A stretch of 25,772 bases of DNA from a virus (Duplodnaviria > Caudoviricetes): positions 1 through 25,772 of the IMG/VR virus record IMGVR_UViG_3300046311_000331; one strand, 5' to 3'. Of this stretch, positions 1-8,845 are shown piece after piece. The notes under the pieces were generated by a model, which searched no databases, was not told where the DNA came from, and saw nothing but the letters and a program-made list of their open reading frames with translations. Within the stretch, counting starts at the first letter, position 1, and each line of letters opens with the position of its first letter. A program made the position numbers and the translations under genes.

Positions 1-154
1 TTTTTATTTCAGACTTCAATTTTAGATTGTTATTCTCAATTTCTGTTTTAATAACTCTATTGAACAATGTATAATTAAACTTAATTAACGCAAATATGCA
101 CCCAATTATTAGCAGTATTATTTCCCAAAGGTTGTTAATTAGCCATTGACTCAC
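1..154 (-). CDS. Partial membrane-anchored coiled-coil protein, i-spanin (Rz-like) candidate, running off the left edge
   Basis: Not in the ORF track. Read by hand from GTG at 154 (AAGGGGA just upstream; overlaps the upstream TAG): MSQWLINNLWEIILLIIGCIFALIKFNYTLFNRVIKTEIENNNLKLKSEIK..., open to the edge. N-terminal hydrophobic helix followed by a coiled-coil-like segment, lying after a holin candidate. Confidence 0.5.
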   Translation of the reverse strand, partial: MSQWLINNLWEIILLIIGCIFALIKFNYTLFNRVIKTEIENNNLKLKSEIK

Positions 155-768
155 TATATCCCCTTAGCATATATTGATAGATCCTCCAGATGTGTAACAA
201 TATCATCTTTGCTACATACATTATAACTATCACTTGTTATTGTTGCTATAAATACATAAACCATATTATCAAGAATATTTTTTGTAACAGAAATACCCAC
301 CTTAAATATTATTTTATTAGAAGAAGAAATCATATCTCTAGCTGATTTTTTATCATTAAAAAACGAAATTTCAGGATAGAATCCAGCTGCTCCATTGTCA
401 AATTTATCTAAAAATGAGAATGTAACGGGATCAATTTTGTGTATTTTAGCATAAAACGGATTTAATTGAGGATTTTTAGAGCTTACTATAGCGGATGAAT
501 CGGCATTTAAACCCCTAACATCGTGAAATTTGTATATTTTTTTGTTCGGGTCCACAACAATCCAGCTAACTCTAAAATCTTTACCACAATTATTTATTAT
601 TTTATCCACTTCTTTAGTTATCAAATCAACTGACTGACTTTGCTTTAAAGCTTGGCTAGTGATGAATGGAAGGATACAAGCTACAAAGATTAGTAATATT
701 GCAATCATTGTTGTTAACGAGCTAACAACTGGGCAAATTAACTTATGAAGAAAGCCTTTTTTGGTCAT
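154..768 (-). CDS. Single-TM membrane protein with a large C-terminal soluble domain; holin candidate (T4 T-like topology)
   Basis: 204 aa. Basic N-terminus, hydrophobic stretch VVSSLTTMIAILLIFVACILPFI, then about 165 aa of soluble alpha/beta sequence with two Cys. Lies after the tail genes, with an ATGA overlap to the upstream gene. Confidence 0.45.
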   Translation of the reverse strand: MTKKGFLHKLICPVVSSLTTMIAILLIFVACILPFITSQALKQSQSVDLITKEVDKIINNCGKDFRVSWIVVDPNKKIYKFHDVRGLNADSSAIVSSKNPQLNPFYAKIHKIDPVTFSFLDKFDNGAAGFYPEISFFNDKKSARDMISSSNKIIFKVGISVTKNILDNMVYVFIATITSDSYNVCSKDDIVTHLEDLSIYAKGI

Positions 769-1292
769 GATATCTTATTTTTTTCCCATCCTTTCTTGAT
801 TAACATCTTCTTTAGCTCTGACGGACTTACTAAATCCTGTTGTGGTGGAAATATACCACCAGCAACTAAACTAGAAAATGCTTGTTGTGAACAAAATATT
901 CCCTTCTCTTCTTTTCTAAATCTTTTGATCAGAGTTCTAATAAATTTTATCTCGTCAAAAACTGATAGCATGGCAGCGGGGACATCGTAATTTTTATCAA
1001 GACATTTATTATCAAAAGCATCAATAAGCTCTTCTTGATGAGGTGTTAATTTATAGGGCAATATATATTCATGTATTTTTGCACCATTAACAGAGTAACG
1101 CTCCATCCACTTATCAAAAGGGATTTTCTCAAACCCCTTTCCTGATACATTCATTACAAATCCTTTCTGATATTTCGCTGCGTGTTCTGAAGCGTCCCCT
1201 GTGAATATTTGTATAATATATTTTAAAGGTTTAGTAAATAAAGTTTTAAACCTAAAAGGGGATGATACTGTTAAGATTGAAAAGTCTTCCAT
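765..1292 (-). CDS. Permuted papain-like (YaeF/YiiX, NlpC/P60 C92-type) cysteine hydrolase
   Basis: His-before-Cys order: IQIFTGDASEHAA ... KNYD ... GIFCSQ ... VSPSEL, matching the (S)H...YD...FCSE...SP.dL pattern of permuted NlpC/P60 enzymes. Confidence 0.7.
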   Translation of the reverse strand: MEDFSILTVSSPFRFKTLFTKPLKYIIQIFTGDASEHAAKYQKGFVMNVSGKGFEKIPFDKWMERYSVNGAKIHEYILPYKLTPHQEELIDAFDNKCLDKNYDVPAAMLSVFDEIKFIRTLIKRFRKEEKGIFCSQQAFSSLVAGGIFPPQQDLVSPSELKKMLIKKGWEKNKIS

Positions 1293-1311
1293 AGTTAGCT
1301 TACTGGATTAT

Positions 1312-1659
1312 CTAGTTAGTAACTACTGGGTTATCTCTTTCTTTTTGATATTTTCTAACAAAAGATATAAGAACTTGGTTCATCTCTCTTATTGTCATTG
1401 TTTGCTCTGTTTCTTCCCCAGTGTCAACATTAATTAAAGGAAATGTTGTGTTATCCATTTCATTTGTTGTAATAAATTCTGAAAAAGAATCAGAATATAA
1501 TCCTGAAATATCAAGATATTTGCCTTGTGAATCTTTTATGCCCATGGTTTCTGTAACAGACAAAGCCACCTCCCTATTATCATAGCATGAATAGTCAAAA
1601 TTGATATTAAAGGTTTTAACATATGGTATTCCAAGAGTTGCGTTGTAGTTTTTTGTCAT
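1312..1659 (-). CDS. Phage protein, probably tail-fibre associated (chaperone-like)
   Basis: 115 aa directly downstream of the 759 aa fibre-like gene. The FPLINVDTGEE..TMT..EMNQVLISFVRKYQKERD pattern resembles small proteins seen after phage fibre genes. Confidence 0.45.
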   Translation of the reverse strand: MTKNYNATLGIPYVKTFNINFDYSCYDNREVALSVTETMGIKDSQGKYLDISGLYSDSFSEFITTNEMDNTTFPLINVDTGEETEQTMTIREMNQVLISFVRKYQKERDNPVVTN

Positions 1660-1693
1660 TTTTTTTTAAGTTTAGAATTGATAAAATTAGTAA

Positions 1694-3973
1694 TTAAGAA
1701 GAAATATAGCCTTGAACATTGAGCATCAGGTTTCCTGCGGCAGCAATGCCCGTAACAGTACCAGGAGTCACTTTAGAACAAGTAATTGAGGTTGCAACTT
1801 CTCCAGCAATAGGAGTATCAAATATCGCATTAATTATCATTGGTGTAGAAGCTAGACCAACAGGCAATACACCTTGCCATATTGAAACTCCATTGCTAAT
1901 AAGGGCAATACCAACTATTACACCCGTATTTGTACCTACAATTTGAATTGAAGTGATATAATTTTTTAAACCAGAAGCTGGAGCAGATTTTACCAAAGTG
2001 CTATTGCCTATAAGACTTCCCAATAGAACACTTGCATTCCATGGACTTATTTCTTTAGGTTTAGTTGCAGAAAATGGTTTGGTCGATAATCTAGTAAATG
2101 CTTGAATTGCCCCTCCCGTGATTGGCGTTACAATTTCGAGCCTGTAATTTATAAATTCAATAGGAAATTTATAAGAAGTAGTAAAAGGTACAGCGGTTAT
2201 AGGTGAAGCAATAAGCTGACCTGTGGACTGATTATATACTGGGATTGGGTTAAAATCAGTTTCATAATTTGACGCAGTAAATCTAAAAGTTCCTCCAGTG
2301 CCAGTTGATTTGATTTGAACCATAGCCGAATTAAAGCCACTACAGTCAAGAAACGGTAGGGCTAAGGTTGTTCTAGTTAGTATATTACTAGTTACAGCTG
2401 ATTGAGCAGTACCAAAATGATAATTATCACCTTCTTGTTTAGGATTAAATTCAGATCTTTTTAAGGTAATAGTTGCTTGAATACTAGCTCCAAGAGTATC
2501 AGCAATTCTTAATCGGATAAATGGAAAATTAATAGGTATGTCAAATGTACTGATTCCTCCAATGTTTAAATCTTCTGAAGGAAATAATCCAATTTTTCCA
2601 CCTTCTTTTAGATCAGATCTATAGGTGACAATATCAAAAGCCGTTGACGCATTCATAGACCCTTCAAAAATCAACCTTCCCGCTGCATTTGCCCCTCCGA
2701 CAATTGCTACTTTTGCAGAACAATAGCCACTGCAATCAGTCCAGACGCCACTAGAAGGGTTATTCAATATATTACTAACAATAGCAGTTTGAGCCGATTG
2801 TCCAATAATCACTTTATCAGTTAATAAAGAAGTCCAGTTTTGCAAGGCTCTTTTGATAAAAGCAATTATGCTAAAGTTGCCAGTATCATTGGGTGCTACA
2901 ACATCAGAAATAGAACCCAAATTAACATTAATATTACTTAAACTAGTATTCCCAGAAGTTTGTAGTGCAGAAGTTGAAGCTCCTGCGGGAAGAGGTAAGG
3001 CGGAGGCGTCAACTGTGATTGAATTTCCCCCGTCCTGAATATTAACGGCTGAAGCTCCATTCGCATTATTTACTGTAAAAGAAGTATTGCCAATGCTTCC
3101 TGATTTAATATTAATGTCTAAAGCATTTCCAGTGGAGCTTAATAAGTTACCTGTGCCGTCTGAATTTCTAACAACGCCAATTACCTTATTTGTTTCTGCA
3201 TTTAAAGTTGAAGTAGTCGGTATTGAGCTTTGATCAGAAGCTAAAACTACTGGAATTGAACTTAACGCTACTTTTTGTCCAAGAGTAACTGGAGTTCCAG
3301 CATTATCTTGCAATTGAGCTTTAAAAGAGGTATTTCCTATATTGCCACCAGCTTGAAAAGGAGAGCCTAGATTTGTAACTAAGGTAGATTGTGTAGCTTC
3401 TAAAGCCAAGGCAGAGGTATTTAGATTAGTGCCTGCGTTCGCAATAAATGAGGTGTTGCCAATGCTTCCACCAGCTTGAAAAGGAGAGCCTAGAACTGCT
3501 ATGTCCTCGGTTGATAAGGTAACAGCAAGGCTTGAGTCTTTTGCTTTTTGCCCTAATGATAATGGAATTCTGCTAATTAAGGTAGTAATATTTTGAGCTA
3601 TTCTTTGCAAACGACCGTTAATACCACTACTATCGGTATCGTTTGTTGGGACGGTTTCATTTACTGCACCAATTAAAGTGTTTTGTTGACTTTGCAAAGT
3701 CGCAGTTGCATCATCTCCATAATGTATCTCTAAAATGTCAGAAGCGTTAAAACTGGTTGTATCTAGATCAAGTGTTACAATATTCGTGGTAAAAGTACCT
3801 TCAAGACCAGTGCCACCAAGTACCCTATACATTATAACATCTGGATTCTGTGACTTGTTAATAACAGCGAGTAATTTTCTAGGGTCAAACGCAGGGGCAG
3901 TCCAAGCAGAGAAATCAAGAGTTTTTAGTGCTGGATTGAATACCGTTGTTTGCGTTATTATGGAAGAAGACAT
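1694..3973 (-). CDS. Large modular tail fibre / receptor-binding-like virion protein
   Basis: 759 aa rich in S/T/G/N/A, with internal repeats (LGSPFQAGG[SN]IGNTSF x2, GQK...SS.[AP]V.L x2, two tandem DCSG-containing beta-rich domains). Located in the tail-fibre region. Confidence 0.7.
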   Translation of the reverse strand: MSSSIITQTTVFNPALKTLDFSAWTAPAFDPRKLLAVINKSQNPDVIMYRVLGGTGLEGTFTTNIVTLDLDTTSFNASDILEIHYGDDATATLQSQQNTLIGAVNETVPTNDTDSSGINGRLQRIAQNITTLISRIPLSLGQKAKDSSLAVTLSTEDIAVLGSPFQAGGSIGNTSFIANAGTNLNTSALALEATQSTLVTNLGSPFQAGGNIGNTSFKAQLQDNAGTPVTLGQKVALSSIPVVLASDQSSIPTTSTLNAETNKVIGVVRNSDGTGNLLSSTGNALDINIKSGSIGNTSFTVNNANGASAVNIQDGGNSITVDASALPLPAGASTSALQTSGNTSLSNINVNLGSISDVVAPNDTGNFSIIAFIKRALQNWTSLLTDKVIIGQSAQTAIVSNILNNPSSGVWTDCSGYCSAKVAIVGGANAAGRLIFEGSMNASTAFDIVTYRSDLKEGGKIGLFPSEDLNIGGISTFDIPINFPFIRLRIADTLGASIQATITLKRSEFNPKQEGDNYHFGTAQSAVTSNILTRTTLALPFLDCSGFNSAMVQIKSTGTGGTFRFTASNYETDFNPIPVYNQSTGQLIASPITAVPFTTSYKFPIEFINYRLEIVTPITGGAIQAFTRLSTKPFSATKPKEISPWNASVLLGSLIGNSTLVKSAPASGLKNYITSIQIVGTNTGVIVGIALISNGVSIWQGVLPVGLASTPMIINAIFDTPIAGEVATSITCSKVTPGTVTGIAAAGNLMLNVQGYISS
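3345..3494. repeat. 27-bp perfect direct repeat, 123-bp period, inside the 759 aa gene
   Basis: CCACCAGCTTGAAAAGGAGAGCCTAGA at 3345-3371 and 3468-3494, encoding LGSPFQAGG twice. Confidence 0.95.
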
Positions 3974-3976
3974 ATT

Positions 3977-4222
3977 TTAAAAAATAATTGCATTTATAAA
4001 AGAGTCTAGATTAATATTATCTATTCTAATATCTATTTCATTAACTGCCGATTGTATATTGGTCGCAGTAATATTTCCCGAAGGGATATTTGTGATTTTT
4101 TGAGCATCATAATCTCCAGGCTGAGCAATAACTGCACCGATTCTTCCAAAAATTGAATCAACCGCACCACTGCCACCACCACTAGGCGGTATATCTAGAA
4201 TTCCTTTTTTTGTTATTGCCAT
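3977..4222 (-). CDS. Small fibre-type virion protein (81 aa)
   Basis: Start moved to ATG at 4222, one base after the upstream TAA. Contains AVDSIFGRIGAVIAQPGDY and PSGNITATNIQSAVNEID, motifs typical of phage tail/head fibre proteins. Confidence 0.65.
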   Translation of the reverse strand: MAITKKGILDIPPSGGGSGAVDSIFGRIGAVIAQPGDYDAQKITNIPSGNITATNIQSAVNEIDIRIDNINLDSFINAIIF

Positions 4223-4223
4223 T

Positions 4224-4535
4224 TTATTCAAATATAATTTCTGGCTGATTAAAGCCACTTAAGACAATTCTTCTAATTCCTTCCTGATTGGGGGTAATTT
4301 TAATATAATTAATTTCTGCCATCTGAAAAAATCCAAATATATTTGTATCTCCCTCATCCAGTGTTAATCTATCATCATTCAAACTAGTTGGGGTTTCTGT
4401 GCAACCTCTTATATCCACGGTTCCAGTCCCTGATATATGGATTGATTTTGGTGCATTGACAAAATCCACGGATTCCAATCTGTAAATTTTATTTTCTTCT
4501 AAAAGAAATTCATATTTTTTATTTGGAAAGCTCAT
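4224..4535 (-). CDS. Small beta-rich hypothetical virion-associated protein
   Basis: 103 aa, tightly packed in the operon. Beta-strand pattern SIHISGTGTVDIRG ... NYIKITP. Confidence 0.55.
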   Translation of the reverse strand: MSFPNKKYEFLLEENKIYRLESVDFVNAPKSIHISGTGTVDIRGCTETPTSLNDDRLTLDEGDTNIFGFFQMAEINYIKITPNQEGIRRIVLSGFNQPEIIFE

Positions 4536-4539
4536 AATT

Positions 4540-5340
4540 TTAAGTTTTAAAAATAGTGACCTGAACTGATTTTAGAGTTACCGTTCCAGCAGAATTTGAA
4601 TCGTTTAATATATCTATATAACAACCATCAACAACAAAAGGATCTGTTTCAGTGGCAACAAAGGTGTTAATTATATGAGTCAAAGGGAAATCTGTGATAG
4701 CTGGAAAGTCAGTTCTAACAAAACTATACGATGCTATGATAGAATTATCAACAAATCTTCTTAGATTTAAATAAAACACTGTAACATTATTAGATAATGC
4801 ACTAAAATCTAGTTTTAAATTGATTCTGATTGAATAAGCAACAAAGGTATTATTAAAAGTATTCAAATTTGAAGGAAAAAGCAATTTATTAACAGTTTCA
4901 TTCAAAATTTTTAACTGATTTACATTCGCAATATTCTTGAAATTTAAAGGAATATTGGAAAACTTGACCTCAGCACTCTCTAAAAGAGGGGTAAGAATAT
5001 TAAAACCAATAGCAGTTGGTGTCCCAGTTGGTACTAATTGAGTTAATGGAATACTTGTGTTATTAACAGCCCATTGATGAAAAAAAGGACTGTTAAATAA
5101 TCCCTCTCCTGAAATAGGTTTCTGATTATCTTTTTGGAAAATTTCAACATCAGTAGCAATATCTTCAAAAGCAGAATCGCCCAAATTGTCTTGAAAACTA
5201 TTTTGAGCGTCCTGTTTCGTGATCTTGGCACTTGTCCCAGCAGGACTGCTACTTAGATCTAATACATCAACTAAATATAGTAGATCAGCAGAATTAAGGC
5301 TGGTTACTGTTTTTATGGAAGGATCGGTTAAAACTGGCAT
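4540..5340 (-). CDS. Tail spike / secondary fibre protein
   Basis: 266 aa. N-terminus VTSLNSADLLYLVDV...TSAKITKQD resembles the attachment motif of phage fibres; beta-rich C-terminal domain. Confidence 0.6.
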   Translation of the reverse strand: MPVLTDPSIKTVTSLNSADLLYLVDVLDLSSSPAGTSAKITKQDAQNSFQDNLGDSAFEDIATDVEIFQKDNQKPISGEGLFNSPFFHQWAVNNTSIPLTQLVPTGTPTAIGFNILTPLLESAEVKFSNIPLNFKNIANVNQLKILNETVNKLLFPSNLNTFNNTFVAYSIRINLKLDFSALSNNVTVFYLNLRRFVDNSIIASYSFVRTDFPAITDFPLTHIINTFVATETDPFVVDGCYIDILNDSNSAGTVTLKSVQVTIFKT

Positions 5341-5343
5341 ATC

Positions 5344-5949
5344 TTAGAATATAATATCAATATCATTAATCAATTTTATTGCTTCTTGACAAGTTATATC
5401 ATCGGTAATTTCTATAGCATTAATTTCATCCTCTAAATTATTTGCTCTACCAATATTGGTCGTATTTCTTAATCTAGCATGATCTAGTAGAGAGGTGGCA
5501 AGTAATTTATCTAAAGCGATATATCCTTTTCTTACTGTGTCCCCTTCAATTATCTTGCAACTATATCTTAAATAATAATCATCATGCAAAGAGCCTTGAG
5601 CTATGGTATCAGATAAGATAGTGTATGGGTTTGTTGCTGGATTGCGTGTTTCTTTGGTTGTGAAAGCAAAAAATACTTCTTCTCCAGTTTTTGTGTCTAT
5701 TAAATCCCTATTAACCAATACCTCCTCGCCTTGGTGAGAAATCATATCGGCAATGTTAGCTTTATCCCTATTGATCTTTAATTGTCTTACCTTCTCAATC
5801 TTGGCTATCCGCAGTTCATTATCCAAAGTCTCACTTTCAGATAGCTCAACCAATGGATAATCGCCTTTGCCTACCAATTCCGTATCAAGTGACCCAAAAA
5901 ATATTTCATTAGTAATTATATTTTTTATGTATATATTGCTTTTTATCAT
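5344..5949 (-). CDS. Tail fibre assembly chaperone (DUF4376-like)
   Basis: Directly follows the fibre gene. AKIEKVRQLKINRDKA and C-terminal NLEDEINAI...LINDIDIIF fit DUF4376-type chaperones. Confidence 0.55.
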   Translation of the reverse strand: MIKSNIYIKNIITNEIFFGSLDTELVGKGDYPLVELSESETLDNELRIAKIEKVRQLKINRDKANIADMISHQGEEVLVNRDLIDTKTGEEVFFAFTTKETRNPATNPYTILSDTIAQGSLHDDYYLRYSCKIIEGDTVRKGYIALDKLLATSLLDHARLRNTTNIGRANNLEDEINAIEITDDITCQEAIKLINDIDIIF

Positions 5950-5950
5950 G

Positions 5951-7003
5951 TTAAAAATCTCTTTTTATTATTAAACCTGCTTTCCAATTGGCAGTTGTAA
6001 ATACTAGGTTCGTAGCACCTGTGGATTTATTAACTACACCCACTCCTAAGTTACCAGTTGTTAAATTAGCTGTCATATTATCTGGATTAGATGTGGCGAT
6101 TGTTCCAACGAATTGCGATGCTATTCCAGAATCTCCATCATCATTATTATAAACTCTATCGCCAATTGAATATCCAAATTCAGCAATTTTACATTCAATA
6201 TATTTATTTATAACGACATCTCTAATGCCCAAATTGTGAGTAAATAGATATTTAGTTCCGTTTGCCAAAGTTGTTTGTTCAGCATAATATCTTCCATTCA
6301 AAGCATAACTATTAGGAGTTCCTAGAATTCCCGCAGCTTTATTAACTTGACCTAATTTAACAAATTGAGTAACTACCCAAACCCCACCAACTCTTTTGTA
6401 AGGCAAATAAGGTTGTTGGCTAATATCTAGCCAATAATCGCCATTAGTTGGTACAGCAGGTTCTATGATTGATTCTGTTATCACTGATGTTGGTAGTGTA
6501 ATTACTGCTGTTGGAACTCCTTTCTCTTTCAAAATGAAATAAGTTCCATTAGAGGAAAGACCGCTGCTTACATTAGCTAACGAGGTTAATGTCTCAATAG
6601 TTCCGTCTGGGTATGTTACAGATAATGGACTAAATGTAACTCCACTATCAACATCAAAGCTAATTGAAGTATCACTCACTTTATTAATATAATCAGCGTA
6701 ACCATTCACTGTGAAGGCTTTGTTGACAGAATATGTTTCAGTAGCTGTTGAAGATGGAATCAAAAGAGCAACCGCTTGACTAACTTGAGAAAGAGTCCCA
6801 TCTGGTGTTAAACCAGCGTCGGTAATTAGATTAGTTAATTCAGTGCTTACATCACCTAGTTGCTGGCTCATCTCATTTAGGTAGCCATTATTTTTTCTAC
6901 TTTCAAAAATAGTTAGCTGATTATTGCCTTGGGCAATTTCTGCAGGAGTTGGAGTTCTGATATTGGTTGAAGTTTTGCCGATTATTCTTGTGTAATTAAA
7001 CAT
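5951..7003 (-). CDS. Tail fibre protein
   Basis: Follows the baseplate wedge genes. N-terminal ELTNLITDAGLTPDG..SQVSQAV is a Mu gp49-type baseplate-attachment motif. Also PTNGDYWLD and a C-terminal HNLG...CKIAEFGYSIGDRV...ANWK module. Confidence 0.8.
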   Translation of the reverse strand: MFNYTRIIGKTSTNIRTPTPAEIAQGNNQLTIFESRKNNGYLNEMSQQLGDVSTELTNLITDAGLTPDGTLSQVSQAVALLIPSSTATETYSVNKAFTVNGYADYINKVSDTSISFDVDSGVTFSPLSVTYPDGTIETLTSLANVSSGLSSNGTYFILKEKGVPTAVITLPTSVITESIIEPAVPTNGDYWLDISQQPYLPYKRVGGVWVVTQFVKLGQVNKAAGILGTPNSYALNGRYYAEQTTLANGTKYLFTHNLGIRDVVINKYIECKIAEFGYSIGDRVYNNDDGDSGIASQFVGTIATSNPDNMTANLTTGNLGVGVVNKSTGATNLVFTTANWKAGLIIKRDF

Positions 7004-7704
7004 TATCCAATTAAGTAATTAGGGTTGTCCATTTCATTATAATCCATAATGAAGAAATTTGAGTCAGTAGGTAATATGTATATCTCAAATTCTTCAATTC
7101 CCACACCTGAAGGTGTTCCAAACCATTTTCGGTCAAGATCATTTAATAATTCAAGATTTATTTTATCTTCAACAGTTTCAACACCAATGAATATTTTTAA
7201 AGCCTTTACATCCTCTTCAATTAAGACATTACTTTTTTCAAAAGTAAAATGCAACAGTGTTATAATATCATCTATTGTAAATCTTGAATTCCTTTTAAAA
7301 ATCCTGCCTTTAATATAGTTTCTGTAGATATCATCGGTAGCAAATGAAGTTCCATCTAATAAATCATCGCCATCCATCAAAGAGGAATCCGTTAAGAAAG
7401 CACTGAATCCTTGTGCTTCTGGACTATTAAATTCAAAAGCTTCTTCATTCTCAAATTGCAAAACATTATTGTCTTGTAAATTAAAGAAATTATTAGTGCC
7501 AACTACATCAATAAGAGGTCTATTAATACCAAGATATGCCCCTAATTGATCCAACCATAAGCCCCGAGCTTCATCAATATTGAAAAATCTAAAAATATCT
7601 TCTTTTGAGTTGTCAATCACAAATTGTTTTATTCCTTCCAGAAGACTCCCTAATTTAGGAGACACTTTGTATTGAAAAAGAATAGTCGGGTCTTTTCTAG
7701 ACAT
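7003..7704 (-). CDS. Baseplate wedge protein (DUF2612-like)
   Basis: Follows baseplate J. ILFQYKVSPKL, FNIDEARGLWLDQLGAYLGINRP and TDDIYRNYIKGRI match this family. Confidence 0.8.
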   Translation of the reverse strand: MSRKDPTILFQYKVSPKLGSLLEGIKQFVIDNSKEDIFRFFNIDEARGLWLDQLGAYLGINRPLIDVVGTNNFFNLQDNNVLQFENEEAFEFNSPEAQGFSAFLTDSSLMDGDDLLDGTSFATDDIYRNYIKGRIFKRNSRFTIDDIITLLHFTFEKSNVLIEEDVKALKIFIGVETVEDKINLELLNDLDRKWFGTPSGVGIEEFEIYILPTDSNFFIMDYNEMDNPNYLIG

Positions 7705-8845
7705 TTTCTAAAATAATCTGGTTTACATCATCAACAAAAGCAAATTCTCTCGTTCCAATATCAATATTAGTATCTACAAAAACCGTCCCATCAGTTGAAA
7801 GACTAATCTGTGCTATGTCAAAATCACCATCCCCCCAAATGCCAAAAATAGGAGTTCTTGAAACATCAAATCCTATTCTTAAACCATTTATATATTCTAA
7901 AGTTTTTTGTCTTAAATCTAGCGTGTTAGCAGTTATAGGTCTTCCTTGCCTTGGCGTTATCCGTATCCTAGCGTACATAGGCACTAAAGTAGGTCTTCTA
8001 AATCTAATTATCCGTGGAAATTGTTGTATATCAAAGACTACAACATCTATATCTCCCGCTGTCGGCGTGCCACTTGCTTTGGTATTAAATATTATTTTAG
8101 CAATATCATCATCCAAACCCCCTAACACTATTGCTTCTATACCGTGAGGAGGTATGCCATCAACCGTTGCATCAGTATCATTTTCAAGAACTATCACCCT
8201 TGTAACATTAGAGAGGTTAATTAGGCGGTCAAAAATTGCATCAACATCATTAATCCCAGTCTCGCTTGTTGCATTATCAAGCCTAGCAATTAATTGATTA
8301 TCAGTTTCATCGTTAGTGCCATCTTGAATTGAGGTAATAGCAATATTGGTTAGATTAGGATAATATCCTTGTGCTTCCAAGGTATTGGTTGGAATAAGTC
8401 GTGTCGCTCCATTATTCTTTGCAACTAATTGAGCCGATTGACTTAGATTAGCTATATTTATTGGTGAAGTATTTTCAAAAATAAAGTTAGTTGAAGTGTC
8501 CCTAAATTGTGACCCAGCCGTTATTGTGTAAGATGTTGAAGAGCTGGTAAAATTGCATGTAATTACTGCTTGAGTGCCATTCTTTCTAGGTTGACCTTTT
8601 GTAACCGCTATTGCCGACAATAGCACGCCTTGAGCGTTTCTATAGTTTAATTGGTTAAAGAAAGATAAGCCTATCTTATCCTCATTATCAATTTCAGAAA
8701 CTGTATAATCTATTATCTGGCCTTGTGCCGATTCCTCTTCTGTTCTAAGATTATCGCCAAAAGCTGTTTTAAAAACAGTAACCAAATTTTCTCTCTTCGT
8801 AGCGTAATTAGAGCTATCGTAGCCTTTTTCGTTTAAGATTCCCAT
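7697..8845 (-). CDS. Baseplate J/gp47-like wedge protein
   Basis: 382 aa with GTNDETDNQLIARL and ENDTDATVDGIPPHGIEAIVLGGLDDDIAKIIF..KASG, typical of baseplate J. Confidence 0.9.
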   Translation of the reverse strand: MGILNEKGYDSSNYATKRENLVTVFKTAFGDNLRTEEESAQGQIIDYTVSEIDNEDKIGLSFFNQLNYRNAQGVLLSAIAVTKGQPRKNGTQAVITCNFTSSSTSYTITAGSQFRDTSTNFIFENTSPINIANLSQSAQLVAKNNGATRLIPTNTLEAQGYYPNLTNIAITSIQDGTNDETDNQLIARLDNATSETGINDVDAIFDRLINLSNVTRVIVLENDTDATVDGIPPHGIEAIVLGGLDDDIAKIIFNTKASGTPTAGDIDVVVFDIQQFPRIIRFRRPTLVPMYARIRITPRQGRPITANTLDLRQKTLEYINGLRIGFDVSRTPIFGIWGDGDFDIAQISLSTDGTVFVDTNIDIGTREFAFVDDVNQIILENV

